The translations under genes and the position numbers were made by a program. From sequence record MT133560.1: DNA of 64,000 bases; one strand, written 5' to 3'. How positions within the stretch are numbered: position 1 is the first letter of the stretch; every line of letters begins with the position of its first letter. The notes below the pieces were generated by a model, which was not told where the DNA came from, searched no databases, and worked only from the letters and a program-made list of their open reading frames with translations. Shown here in pieces: positions 1 through 8,911 of the stretch.

Positions 1-168
1 GGGTTACAGCTATATAGTCCAATATCGTTCTACCGTGCTATTTAAGAGCTTTAAACAATAACCCGCTATGTACCCTTAGGTTTTATTTTATCAGCAATAT
101 AGCTTAAAATAGAAATATACCTAAGTGCTTTTTACTATACTACTATTATTTATCGGAGTTAATTAAGA

Positions 169-558
169 ATGTCTTTTTATCTACTGAGACACACCGATCC
201 AATTGAAGCAATCGAATGGAAAAAGAACGGTGATATACCTGGTGATGGCGTTATCAATAATATCAACCAAGGTGCTATTGTTGGTTATGCTATACCTACT
301 AAAGAGTCTACTCTTAGTAATGCTATCTGTCCATTATGTAATCTAACTGAATCTAGTCATGGTATTTTACGTGTGGGTTCAGATAAAGATAAAATTGTCT
401 GTCCGGGTGATTTTATTATTTTAATTCGTAAAAATAATGGGCGTATATTAGATTACAAATTAATGCGTCAACATGAATTTAATAAACTTTATCAACTGGT
501 AACAAAAGAGGAAGCTAAACAATGGGCAATGATGTTGGATCCAGAAAAGAAGGACTAA
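169..558 (+). CDS. hypothetical protein (phiKZ gp1-like position)
   Basis: 129-aa ORF with GGAG RBS upstream; no recognisable motif. Confidence 0.7.
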   Translation: MSFYLLRHTDPIEAIEWKKNGDIPGDGVINNINQGAIVGYAIPTKESTLSNAICPLCNLTESSHGILRVGSDKDKIVCPGDFIILIRKNNGRILDYKLMRQHEFNKLYQLVTKEEAKQWAMMLDPEKKD

Positions 559-1106
559 AGTTATATGAAGCTTTAGTTGAGGATATAATCATCACCAATG
601 ATCTTGGTACTGGTCTTCGACCATCTCTTAATATAACCACTAGTGATGGTGTAACTAGAAATGTTACATTTGATCAACTTGAGAATTTTATTAAAGTTAT
701 AAAAGCCACGCACGATACACAAACTGTTGGCACTCCACTACAATGGTGTATTTACAGGTATGCTCCTAATTTAGTTAAAGCTCGGTATATTGCAACTAAC
801 TGGAAAATAACTGTAGACCATGTTAAAAAGACTTTGAATTTTCAAGGTACTTTAAAGCATGAAGGTACTGTAGTTGATCATCCTAACTATGATCCAGATA
901 TTACCGCAAGAGAACTAATGTTTGATGAAACTATCACTGATTTTAGTCGATTTGAACAAATTGCTCTGTCTGGAAATATCGCTAACTTTAAAGAAGAATT
1001 CAAAATGATGAAATATAGTTTTGACTTTAGTTACATTATTGAAGTTAGCAATGGCATGACTAGACTCAAGGAGTTAACTAATGATCAAACTGGACTATCA
1101 GATTAA
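522..1106 (+). CDS. conserved jumbo-phage protein, possibly shell-associated ChmB (gp2 position)
   Basis: 194-aa ORF two genes upstream of DHFR (gp4 in phiKZ); the ChmB call rests on gene order from memory only. Confidence 0.45.
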   Translation: MGNDVGSRKEGLKLYEALVEDIIITNDLGTGLRPSLNITTSDGVTRNVTFDQLENFIKVIKATHDTQTVGTPLQWCIYRYAPNLVKARYIATNWKITVDHVKKTLNFQGTLKHEGTVVDHPNYDPDITARELMFDETITDFSRFEQIALSGNIANFKEEFKMMKYSFDFSYIIEVSNGMTRLKELTNDQTGLSD

Positions 1107-1587
1107 ATCAGAAGTCAATCATCTATTAAATAGGTTATTAGTTAAAAACTTAGATGGTACTATTTATTTTAGAACAACTATTAAAGAAGACGATTTAAAA
1201 GACTTACCTGTTAATCTGATTAGCCTACAAGTACTTATAAATCTATTGATAGGTTATGAAGGACTAGATATTACAACTAGTATTGAGGAATTCACACAAC
1301 AGATTAGTCTGATTCTTTGGGACATGCCTATACTAGAAAAAGGCGAAGTGGAATACCTCTATATTGAACAAGATATTAAGTTGAATGAATTAGTTATTAA
1401 ACATAAAAGACCTGGTGTATTGATTGATGAGAAAGTATATGGTGAATTAACGCTATTACAAATGGCTCAAATTAATTACCTATTAGCGTCTACATTTAAG
1501 TTTAAAACTAATTTCACTTGCTGTAGTTGGGCTATTGAATTTAAAGATAATGAAGTATCTTGTAAATTCTGGCCTAAGGAAAATTAA
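1081..1587 (+). CDS. hypothetical protein
   Basis: 168-aa ORF overlapping both neighbours (TAATG junction with DHFR). Confidence 0.7.
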   Translation: MIKLDYQIKSEVNHLLNRLLVKNLDGTIYFRTTIKEDDLKDLPVNLISLQVLINLLIGYEGLDITTSIEEFTQQISLILWDMPILEKGEVEYLYIEQDIKLNELVIKHKRPGVLIDEKVYGELTLLQMAQINYLLASTFKFKTNFTCCSWAIEFKDNEVSCKFWPKEN

Positions 1588-2108
1588 TGGCTATTAAATT
1601 AATCGTTGCCCATGACCTAAATGGTGTCATTGGATATAATAATCTATTACCTTGGCATATACCTGAGGATTTAGCTTTCTTTAAAGAAATGACAACTGGT
1701 TGCTGTGTTATCATGGGTAAAAATACTTTCTTATCCTTAGGTAGTAAACCGTTACCTAATCGTAATAACATTGTTGTATCATCAAGTTTATATCGTAACG
1801 GTAATTATCCAGTAGCCTATGATAATAAATTAGGTGTACTCCCTAATCTAAGTGCAGCTATTGTTTATGCCACTCATTTCAATAAAGAAACTGGAAAGGA
1901 TGTATGGATCATTGGCGGTTCTCAACTTTATAAAGAAGTCATTGAAAAGGATATTTTAGACGAAATGTACATTACTACTGTCAAGATGGAAATAGATAAT
2001 AGTAGTTGTGTTTATTTCCCTAAAGAAATCATTAAATGGGATAAATGGAAATCAACCATTATTAAAGAAACTGACCTATGTACATATACCCATTGGATTA
2101 AAACATAA
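1587..2108 (+). CDS. dfr: dihydrofolate reductase
   Basis: LIVAHDLNGVIG, LPWHIPEDLAFFKEMT, IMGKNTF, KPLPNRNNIVVS and IIGGSQLY motifs. Confidence 0.97.
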   Translation: MAIKLIVAHDLNGVIGYNNLLPWHIPEDLAFFKEMTTGCCVIMGKNTFLSLGSKPLPNRNNIVVSSSLYRNGNYPVAYDNKLGVLPNLSAAIVYATHFNKETGKDVWIIGGSQLYKEVIEKDILDEMYITTVKMEIDNSSCVYFPKEIIKWDKWKSTIIKETDLCTYTHWIKT

Positions 2109-2112
2109 TAAT

Positions 2113-2137
2113 AGCCTTCCCCCAGGGGAAGGCTTTA
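2113..2137 (+). terminator. intrinsic terminator
   Basis: agccttccc-cca-ggggaaggct hairpin followed by T residues, after DHFR. Confidence 0.75.
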
Positions 2138-2144
2138 TGTCATG

Positions 2145-2186
2145 TATTCAAACATATTTAAACAGTATATTACAAAGGTGAATTAA
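2145..2186 (+). promoter_or_regulatory. phage early promoter (TATATTAC at 2166-2173)
   Basis: matches the phiKZ early promoter core; the flanking ttcaaac..tttaaacag context recurs at 2649 and 4121. Confidence 0.85.
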
Positions 2187-2224
2187 ATATAGATTATTCT
2201 ATTTATTATTGAGGAGTGCAGTCC

Positions 2225-2629
2225 ATGAAAAACTCTAAGAAAACAACTTATAATGCAATCGATCTAAGTAAATTAAGTAAAGATATGTTCAGTGGTGGTA
2301 GAACCTGGGCAGCGGTTGAGTTTGCAATAAATTGTGCAAATGAGTTAATGGAGTTAAATAGTAAAGGAAATACTATTTTATTTGATGACGATATTGTCGA
2401 CAAAGTTGAATTTGAACTTAAGATCTATGATTGGTGTGATGCACCACATGGCTGTTATCTTTATAGATCTTTATGGAAGAATACTCAGGAAATTGTCTTT
2501 GGTGATAATGTAAATAAAGATGGAAGACTTGTATTGACTAAAGAAGAAGTACGTGAATACTTTTCAAGATTCAAAATTTTCCGTAGTGTCATGTACTTAT
2601 CCAACAGTATTAAAAAGTTAAAAGGGTAA
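2225..2629 (+). CDS. hypothetical early protein
   Basis: ORF with GAGGAG RBS; ATG at 2225 preferred over the track start. Confidence 0.75.
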   Translation: MKNSKKTTYNAIDLSKLSKDMFSGGRTWAAVEFAINCANELMELNSKGNTILFDDDIVDKVEFELKIYDWCDAPHGCYLYRSLWKNTQEIVFGDNVNKDGRLVLTKEEVREYFSRFKIFRSVMYLSNSIKKLKG

Positions 2630-2648
2630 CCCTCCCCTACTGATAATA

Positions 2649-2694
2649 CATTCAAACCATTTTAAAGCGTATATTACAAACTTGATATTAAACC
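2649..2694 (+). promoter_or_regulatory. phage early promoter (TATATTAC at 2670-2677)
   Basis: core motif plus repeated upstream context. Confidence 0.85.
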
Positions 2695-2723
2695 TTTAAT
2701 TAATGTAAAAAGGAATCTATACC

Positions 2724-3239
2724 ATGTTCGAAATTAAATTTGCTAAAAAAGAACAATTTCCTGGCCGTGGTCACTGCATCGAACTTTATGGTGATTATGT
2801 CACCGAGCGTGTATGGCATGCAGTGAAACAAATGGTTGAATGCAACATCACCAATCACGAGTTTTATAAAGCAAAAGAAGGTTTCAGTGTATTCTTCCAG
2901 GGTGGACATGATAACCCTCATGGGAAATGGATCCTTCTGGAATTCTGGGTAGATGATATCGAAAAGACCCGTGAGTTCGTTCGTCTCTTGACCGTCACTA
3001 TTAATCGAGTATTGGTGGAGCGCTTTACTCAAATCTGCATTAACCCTAATCAAATGGGTTATGCAGATGGGGCAGGTGCGTATGTTGCACTTGGTGAAAT
3101 CCATAAAGAAACTGGATGTCGTGTTAATTGGGGTAGTCCGACTACACTTATTACCTTCTATCCTGAAAATAACCTAGAACATCGGAAGGTACTCGACTTG
3201 TGTGAAACCTTCGAACTCCCTGTAACTAGCTGGGAATGA
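2724..3239 (+). CDS. hypothetical early protein
   Basis: 171-aa ORF with AAGGA RBS, downstream of an early promoter. Confidence 0.8.
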   Translation: MFEIKFAKKEQFPGRGHCIELYGDYVTERVWHAVKQMVECNITNHEFYKAKEGFSVFFQGGHDNPHGKWILLEFWVDDIEKTREFVRLLTVTINRVLVERFTQICINPNQMGYADGAGAYVALGEIHKETGCRVNWGSPTTLITFYPENNLEHRKVLDLCETFELPVTSWE

Positions 3240-3493
3240 ATGGAGAATTAAATACCATGTATATAGTTATCCACAGAGACGAGTCTGAAAGACATGAACT
3301 GACTGTAGGTAATCCTAAAGATCTTATCGCAATCTTAGTCATTCTGGAAAATAGCGATAAAGTCATCGAATATAAAGTTATCGATTCAGATGCTGGTGTA
3401 GTCAAGGACTTTAGATACTCGTTTGGTTGGGGTGACGGGTTCTTCACTAAAAATGCAAAAGATAATTTTAACTGGAATAAATCGAGTAAATAA
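3236..3493 (+). CDS. hypothetical protein
   Basis: 85-aa ORF with ATGA overlap. Confidence 0.7.
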   Translation: MNGELNTMYIVIHRDESERHELTVGNPKDLIAILVILENSDKVIEYKVIDSDAGVVKDFRYSFGWGDGFFTKNAKDNFNWNKSSK

Positions 3494-3495
3494 TA

Positions 3496-3705
3496 ATGAC
3501 TGAGCAAAAGATTAGTAGTGAAGCTGTATCTGCATTTATACGTTCTCGGGGCGATCATGTTTGTTCCATTCGTGATACGATGCACGTTTATGTCGAATCT
3601 GATGAGGTGATAGTCAAGATTATAGATAATAACTCAGGTGGTTCAGCAACACACTACTCAGGTTGTGATGTAAACAACTTTGAAAGAATGTATGGTTCCG
3701 CCTAA
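3496..3705 (+). CDS. hypothetical protein
   Basis: 69-aa ORF followed by a terminator. Confidence 0.7.
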   Translation: MTEQKISSEAVSAFIRSRGDHVCSIRDTMHVYVESDEVIVKIIDNNSGGSATHYSGCDVNNFERMYGSA

Positions 3706-3714
3706 TGAAATACA

Positions 3715-3739
3715 CCCTCCCTTCGGGGAGGGCTTTATT
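3715..3739 (+). terminator. intrinsic terminator
   Basis: ccctccc-TTCG-gggaggg followed by ctttatt. Confidence 0.8.
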
Positions 3740-3783
3740 ATTAATACGCACATATTTTTTTAATATAGTAATTGGAGTTTATA

Positions 3784-4116
3784 ATGTTTAATAAGAACTT
3801 TATCAATGGTATTCAAATTCTTGTAACCGCCACCACTGTTACCACTGCTATAATTAAATTAGTAGAGGCATATGACAAGTTAAGTGAAGAAAGAGCTGCT
3901 ACAGATGCATGTAAAAAAATACATGTAGAGATTCAAAAACTAACCAGCACGTTTATCGAACAAGATATACCCAATGAAGAACGTTGTGTTAAACTGCGCA
4001 AGGCTGTTGATTCACTAATTAATAAACATTGTTCTAAATTGACAGGTCGTAGGCGACTACGTGCTGTTGCTGAAATCACTCGACATGTAGATGACTATTG
4101 TCGGATATGGAAATAA
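3784..4116 (+). CDS. putative membrane-anchored helical protein (paralogue of 5405..5803)
   Basis: N-terminal hydrophobic segment; GGAG RBS before ATG 3784. Confidence 0.7.
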   Translation: MFNKNFINGIQILVTATTVTTAIIKLVEAYDKLSEERAATDACKKIHVEIQKLTSTFIEQDIPNEERCVKLRKAVDSLINKHCSKLTGRRRLRAVAEITRHVDDYCRIWK

Positions 4117-4120
4117 AAAA

Positions 4121-4168
4121 TACATTCAAACCTATTTAAACAGTATATTACAAAAGTGTAATTAAACC
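4121..4168 (+). promoter_or_regulatory. phage early promoter (TATATTAC at 4144-4151)
   Basis: core motif plus repeated context. Confidence 0.85.
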
Positions 4169-4196
4169 TATTAAATTAGTAAAAAGGAATCAAACC

Positions 4197-4457
4197 ATGG
4201 CAACTTTCCTGACTTTCAAATCTGACGAAGACTTGGAGAAAGAAGCAATCCGCCGTGCACGTGCTATCATGGGTTTCCGTGGTGACCGTGATGCAGCTAC
4301 TCGTCAGGTATGCATCAATCCTGTACGAGGTCAAGATTACCGTAACTGGTTGTCCCATAGTGCTACTTGGAAAGATGGTAACATTGTTGTTGATGAAGAT
4401 AGTCTCATTGAGCTAGCCCGTGCCATCGTTGATGAGACCTATCTGCACGATATGTAA
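4197..4457 (+). CDS. hypothetical early protein
   Basis: 86-aa ORF with AAGGA RBS. Confidence 0.8.
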   Translation: MATFLTFKSDEDLEKEAIRRARAIMGFRGDRDAATRQVCINPVRGQDYRNWLSHSATWKDGNIVVDEDSLIELARAIVDETYLHDM

Positions 4458-4510
4458 TACCGATAGCTTATCTCAATAACCTCGAAGCAGTCTAATCAAA
4501 GGAAATCATC

Positions 4511-4666
4511 ATGAAAGCAATTGCCCTGGTTGTCGTTGGTATGGTATTCGGTGGTCTGTTCATCAATGCCAACTATGACAATGGTTCTAAGACTACTGCT
4601 CAAGAAGAAGTTGTACTGGGTCATCGCATCGCCCCTAATGGCGTTGAAATTCTCGTTACCAAATAA
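4511..4666 (+). CDS. small membrane or secreted protein (51 aa, not in ORF track)
   Basis: manual translation MKAIALVVVGMVFGGLFINANYDNG...EILVTK; AAGGA RBS. Confidence 0.7.
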   Translation: MKAIALVVVGMVFGGLFINANYDNGSKTTAQEEVVLGHRIAPNGVEILVTK

Positions 4667-4692
4667 TCACCGCTATTAAATGGAGAATAATT

Positions 4693-5043
4693 ATGCTTAA
4701 AGATAATGTAGTCATCCTCGTCTGCGATCTTGTTGAAGAAAATGGCAAAACTGTACGTGAGAATAATTTGGCTAAAAACCATAATATCGCTATTGGTGAG
4801 TTGGTAGAAGATGTACATTCAGGCACCCGTCTTTATGTTTTTGGGTATGGACGTGATTGCGACGGCACACCATTATATCACCTTACTGCCGATAGAGATA
4901 TTATTGGTGAAGAAATAAATCAGGGTATTCCAGATCTTAAGAAAGAACATATTGAAATATGGTTAGATGGAATTACCTATGGTAAAATTCTTTGGAACTA
5001 TTCTTCTGAAGATAATCTGCGTGTTGTAAATTATTTAGTGTAA
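4693..5043 (+). CDS. conserved phage protein of unknown function
   Basis: HNIAIGELVE...RLYV...RDCDGTPLY pattern, which I recall from diverse phage hypothetical proteins. Confidence 0.75.
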   Translation: MLKDNVVILVCDLVEENGKTVRENNLAKNHNIAIGELVEDVHSGTRLYVFGYGRDCDGTPLYHLTADRDIIGEEINQGIPDLKKEHIEIWLDGITYGKILWNYSSEDNLRVVNYLV

Positions 5044-5057
5044 ATAAGGGTATAAAA

Positions 5058-5399
5058 ATGGAAGAGTCCGTAGCAATTAAAGTAGTCGACGACTTGCGCC
5101 GTCCGAATATCGTTGCTCGCATGAATGGTAAACTAGTCTACCATGCTCGTAACGTAGAAATAGTAGAAGGTAAGGATCTATGGCCGAACCGCACTGACGT
5201 AGATGGTGTTCGTGTACTGGTCGGCGAAACCTTCCTTAACGGTGAATGGGTACCCATGCGTAGTTCTAGTCTGGTTAACGTAGATACTGTTACCGGTGTA
5301 TACGAAACCCTCAACTCCGTTTACCTTGCTCCGGATCTTCTGGGAAGTCTCTCGGTTGGTCCCGATGTCTTCAATTCGGATGCTACTCTGAAAGGGTAA
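5058..5399 (+). CDS. hypothetical protein
   Basis: 113-aa ORF with AAGGG RBS; C-terminal RSSSLV...YETLNSVY pattern. Confidence 0.8.
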   Translation: MEESVAIKVVDDLRRPNIVARMNGKLVYHARNVEIVEGKDLWPNRTDVDGVRVLVGETFLNGEWVPMRSSSLVNVDTVTGVYETLNSVYLAPDLLGSLSVGPDVFNSDATLKG

Positions 5400-5404
5400 T
5401 AATC

Positions 5405-5803
5405 ATGAACTTCATTAAAGAAAATGCACTGGGACTCGGTCTCATTGTAGTTGCTGTTACCTCTACCGCAGTAGCAGCTATTCTGGCAGTAAAGGCAACT
5501 TACAAAGAGGAAGGCCCGACCGAAGTACAACAGATCGAAAACAGTATCTCGGACATCCTGATCGATAAGATCACCGAATACCGTAACAGTGAGCAACATC
5601 GCGAGCTGGTGAATCGGCTCAGGCGTGATATCGGATTGGATGTCGCAGAATTCATCTCGCAGATCCAATTGGATATCTCACTCAACGTCATTCCAGAGGT
5701 AGAAGTACTTCTGGAATCTCATCGTGATCAGCTGACCGAGGAAGAGTTCAATCGGCTGGTTGCAAATCTCCAACATTTCGTACAACGGATCATCGCTAAG
5801 TGA
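5405..5803 (+). CDS. putative membrane-anchored helical protein
   Basis: N-terminal TM-like segment GLGLIVVAVTSTAVAAILAV. Confidence 0.8.
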   Translation: MNFIKENALGLGLIVVAVTSTAVAAILAVKATYKEEGPTEVQQIENSISDILIDKITEYRNSEQHRELVNRLRRDIGLDVAEFISQIQLDISLNVIPEVEVLLESHRDQLTEEEFNRLVANLQHFVQRIIAK

Positions 5804-5976
5804 AAACCAAAATAGTGGTAGGTTTTCTTGCAATTCTGATCGGCTTCTCGATGGCAGTTGGTGAGTTCTATTACGGACTCACTAAGCCTGAAGGTAAAGT
5901 TTCAGAGAAATGGTGTCAGCATCCCGCTAAACCGAAATGTACTATGTTTGCATTCACTGTAAATGAGGATAAATAA
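5800..5976 (+). CDS. small membrane protein (58 aa, GTG start, not in ORF track)
   Basis: manual translation MKTKIVVGFLAILIGFSMAVGEFYYG...NEDK; fills the gap exactly, with GTGA and TAAATG junctions. Confidence 0.65.
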   Translation: MKTKIVVGFLAILIGFSMAVGEFYYGLTKPEGKVSEKWCQHPAKPKCTMFAFTVNEDK

Positions 5977-6579
5977 ATGGATAGTCGTCTGTCGAAAGTC
6001 TTCCAAAACGTGGACCATGTGTTCACCCAAGAGCAGACCAATGAACTGGTCAATCGTCGTAATGAAGACATGATGTTGACCGTAAAGGTTGACGCTATGC
6101 TGGCGTTGATCAAAAACGATGCGGTTAAGTTCAAAGATCTGGAAACGTTGATCATTAATGATGCAATCGATTTCATTACAGCTGAACGTGCATCTGATAT
6201 CGCACTGGGCCTTTTCAACAAAATGGTTTACCAGGATGTTGGACCAGATGCAGTCGGCTTGTTGGAATATGCCAAAGCCGCCGAGTACATGTGCACGCAC
6301 GTGGATGAATCCTGTGCATGGGTCAATACGTACCGTGATAAGCTGAAGTCTTTCATGGTCACTTTCACCTCTCAGTGCATTGGCAATGCTCTGGTTCGTT
6401 CTGAGCTGAGAACTCTTCAAGCTCAAAACTACAACATCGCCAAGCAAAACTTTCGCAACATGAGTAAACCTGCCCCTGAAGGCACCGTAAAGGAACTGGC
6501 TGCAAAATACGGTAAGTCCATTTCGGAAATCCGCCGTATGAAAGCTGAAGGTCGTCTTGGGGAACTGACCCAGGAATAA
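5977..6579 (+). CDS. hypothetical protein with C-terminal HTH-like segment
   Basis: 200-aa ORF ending VKELAAKYGKSISEIRRMKAEGRL; GAGG RBS. Confidence 0.8.
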   Translation: MDSRLSKVFQNVDHVFTQEQTNELVNRRNEDMMLTVKVDAMLALIKNDAVKFKDLETLIINDAIDFITAERASDIALGLFNKMVYQDVGPDAVGLLEYAKAAEYMCTHVDESCAWVNTYRDKLKSFMVTFTSQCIGNALVRSELRTLQAQNYNIAKQNFRNMSKPAPEGTVKELAAKYGKSISEIRRMKAEGRLGELTQE

Positions 6580-6674
6580 TAGATGGGTCTCTTCGGAGAC
6601 CCCATCTCAATATGTCTTGGAAAGGATGCATTGAGATGTACTCAACTAAACCCAAATGTAAAAAGGAAATTACC

Positions 6675-7793
6675 ATGAAACAATATCGCGAACCCACCAC
6701 CCGTCTGACCAAAGAAAAACTGGAATGGGTTATCGAACGTCGCAAGGAACGTAAAGCCGAGAGCCCCTTCGGCCGCGCTCATTTCCCTGCTGGTACCCGT
6801 GCAATCTTCGAGTCCTGTTCTCTCCGTTTCCTGGACGAAAATGAACGCGTGTATCCCGGTCAGCGTTATGAAACCTTCGAAGCTACCGTTCTTGGTATCG
6901 TGGCCAATGGTCATGACAGCTATGTCGCTGTTCTGGATAAACCCTGCAACTTGATCGAAGGACGCAAGTACAGCATCAACATTAGCTGGTGTAAAAAGAT
7001 CCTCGAACGTGGCGAAGGTAACTTCACCTGGTTCAAAGAAGAACCGACTGAGTACGATCGTGCGCATGGTTGGAACATCCGTGAGAAACATCCGACTGTT
7101 CGTTGGGTAGAAGGTCCTCGCCCTACTAAGGTTCGCAACCTGACCTGGGCTGAGGAGTTCGACTACCATCGTCATACCGATCCGGTCTACGTCGAGATCA
7201 ACAAGCACCACAACCAGTACTTCATCACTGACATGCGTACGTTCGTGATGTTCGCTCTCCAAGAGCATCCTGCATATACCAACCCTTCGAAGGATCATCT
7301 GTACGATCTGGAGAAACTGGTAGCAGCGATGTATGCTGATCCGACTATCAAGGCAGCTGAAGTAAAACTGTCTCGTTATTTCGGTAGCTGGCTGATCAGC
7401 AAGAAGAAGTTCCATAAAGTCCTGCAACGCCTGCTGCCGTTCTACAAGACTTCTCGTCGTAAGGCGCAGGAAGAAGATAACAAAGCAATGTCCGAAATGT
7501 ACGAAAAAGAAATGGAACATGACTTCGATGAAATGTATGGTGAGTCTTCGGATTCTTCTGATGAATCGTGCTACTCCATGGAAGACTCGTACTACGACTC
7601 TGGTTTGGATGACGACATCGAGATGACTGACATGTATGAAGATTCGGCATGTTCTCGTGAAATCAGTGATGATGTTCAACCCAAAACTATTGGTGAACTC
7701 CTGCGTGAAGCAATGGGGAACCCTGAAGAAGAGAAATCCAAATTAGTTATTGGAAGTATGGAAACTCTTTCTAAAGCGGTTATCATCAAATAG
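6675..7793 (+). CDS. early protein, probable phiKZ014-like ribosome-binding factor
   Basis: AAGGA RBS before ATG 6675 (372 aa); basic N-terminus and acidic D/E/S tail; name inferred from position and size recalled for gp14. Confidence 0.6.
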   Translation: MKQYREPTTRLTKEKLEWVIERRKERKAESPFGRAHFPAGTRAIFESCSLRFLDENERVYPGQRYETFEATVLGIVANGHDSYVAVLDKPCNLIEGRKYSINISWCKKILERGEGNFTWFKEEPTEYDRAHGWNIREKHPTVRWVEGPRPTKVRNLTWAEEFDYHRHTDPVYVEINKHHNQYFITDMRTFVMFALQEHPAYTNPSKDHLYDLEKLVAAMYADPTIKAAEVKLSRYFGSWLISKKKFHKVLQRLLPFYKTSRRKAQEEDNKAMSEMYEKEMEHDFDEMYGESSDSSDESCYSMEDSYYDSGLDDDIEMTDMYEDSACSREISDDVQPKTIGELLREAMGNPEEEKSKLVIGSMETLSKAVIIK

Positions 7794-7808
7794 ATTACAC
7801 GCAATAAT

Positions 7809-7836
7809 GGGAGTCTTCGGACTCCCTTTTATTTTC
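7809..7836 (+). terminator. intrinsic terminator
   Basis: gggagtc-TTCG-gactccc followed by a T-tract. Confidence 0.85.
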
Positions 7837-7897
7837 TACATCGTAATATTTTTTTATTTAGCAATATATTCATAAACTGTAAAAAGGAAGATATCTC

Positions 7898-8899
7898 ATG
7901 ATCATCAATGCAACCATCACTCGCGCAATGTTGAGTGCTCAAACTACAGAATCATCGCTTCTGTTTATTCTGACACACCTACATGGCAGTCCAGATGCTA
8001 CTTCGTCGGATATGAACGACACCAAGCGCATTCTCGCCTCTAACGATCCTCTAAGTACCCTGTGGCAATGTGGTTGCCATTTGGTCGTATCGGAAGACGA
8101 ACGCTGGTTCATTTCTCCATTCGGTGATACTGTACGCCTGGCATACCAGCACAAAGTACGTGGTAGCTGGATTACTTTCGGCATAGACCTGTTCGATCCG
8201 GAAGAATCCGAATCGGTACTATTGGCTATCCGTAGGCGGCTCCGCACCGGTTTCCCAGCAGATGAACTTGAAGTTAACTGTGGTATCAAAGGTTACCTCG
8301 AAGAAAGTTACGAGGTCAACGGGACCGGTTTGTGGAACGTAGGTCGGATCATTCTGGCTCTACATCCCACCAGCCCTTTCCGTTTTGCTGCTCTGGAACG
8401 TTTGTACGAGATTGCTAAGTTCCATAAGAACTACGCTGACATCGTGGATAATGTCGGGATCAATCATGATCGTAATTACCTGAATAACATCGTTGATGGA
8501 AAATGGGTGGTCGAAGAGAAAGATGCTCAAGCTGTATTGAACAGCTACTTCACTTCGATGCTGAAGTTATTCTTCGACCGTGGTTTCTACTATCAGGACA
8601 CTATCGATGGCGGTAGGATCGATGTTCGTAGCAATGAAGGATCGTACTACCTCATTGGTGGTAATGCCACTGTAAATACCATCAATATCACTTACCTCAG
8701 TGCTAACAAAATAGAGATTCGTGATGGAGAATGGGAGTTTGCTTGGGACTGCAACAATACCGAATACTTCCCCATTGAAAATCCGGTAGATGCTCTGCTT
8801 GGTTTCCACAAGCGTGTAGGCCAGGAACATATCTACATGGCTTCTGGTCTGGGTACTAGCCTGGAAGACATCCACAAGGTCCAACATACTCTAAAATAA
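7898..8899 (+). CDS. hypothetical protein
   Basis: 333-aa ORF with AAGGA RBS. Confidence 0.8.
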   Translation: MIINATITRAMLSAQTTESSLLFILTHLHGSPDATSSDMNDTKRILASNDPLSTLWQCGCHLVVSEDERWFISPFGDTVRLAYQHKVRGSWITFGIDLFDPEESESVLLAIRRRLRTGFPADELEVNCGIKGYLEESYEVNGTGLWNVGRIILALHPTSPFRFAALERLYEIAKFHKNYADIVDNVGINHDRNYLNNIVDGKWVVEEKDAQAVLNSYFTSMLKLFFDRGFYYQDTIDGGRIDVRSNEGSYYLIGGNATVNTINITYLSANKIEIRDGEWEFAWDCNNTEYFPIENPVDALLGFHKRVGQEHIYMASGLGTSLEDIHKVQHTLK

Positions 8900-8911
8900 G
8901 GAAAATTAATT

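Noticed and set aside
5902-6447. 181-aa and 101-aa antisense ORFs
   Set aside because: Shadow frames of 5977..6579 and of the small membrane gene
6612-6674. N-terminal extension given by the ORF track
   Set aside because: The RBS (aaaaggaaat) precedes ATG 6675, and the upstream ATG lies just after a hairpin without an RBS
6642-7679. 345-aa antisense ORF
   Set aside because: It mirrors the 6675..7793 gene. Strong sense-strand codon bias suppresses antisense stops, and it has no RBS or promoter support.
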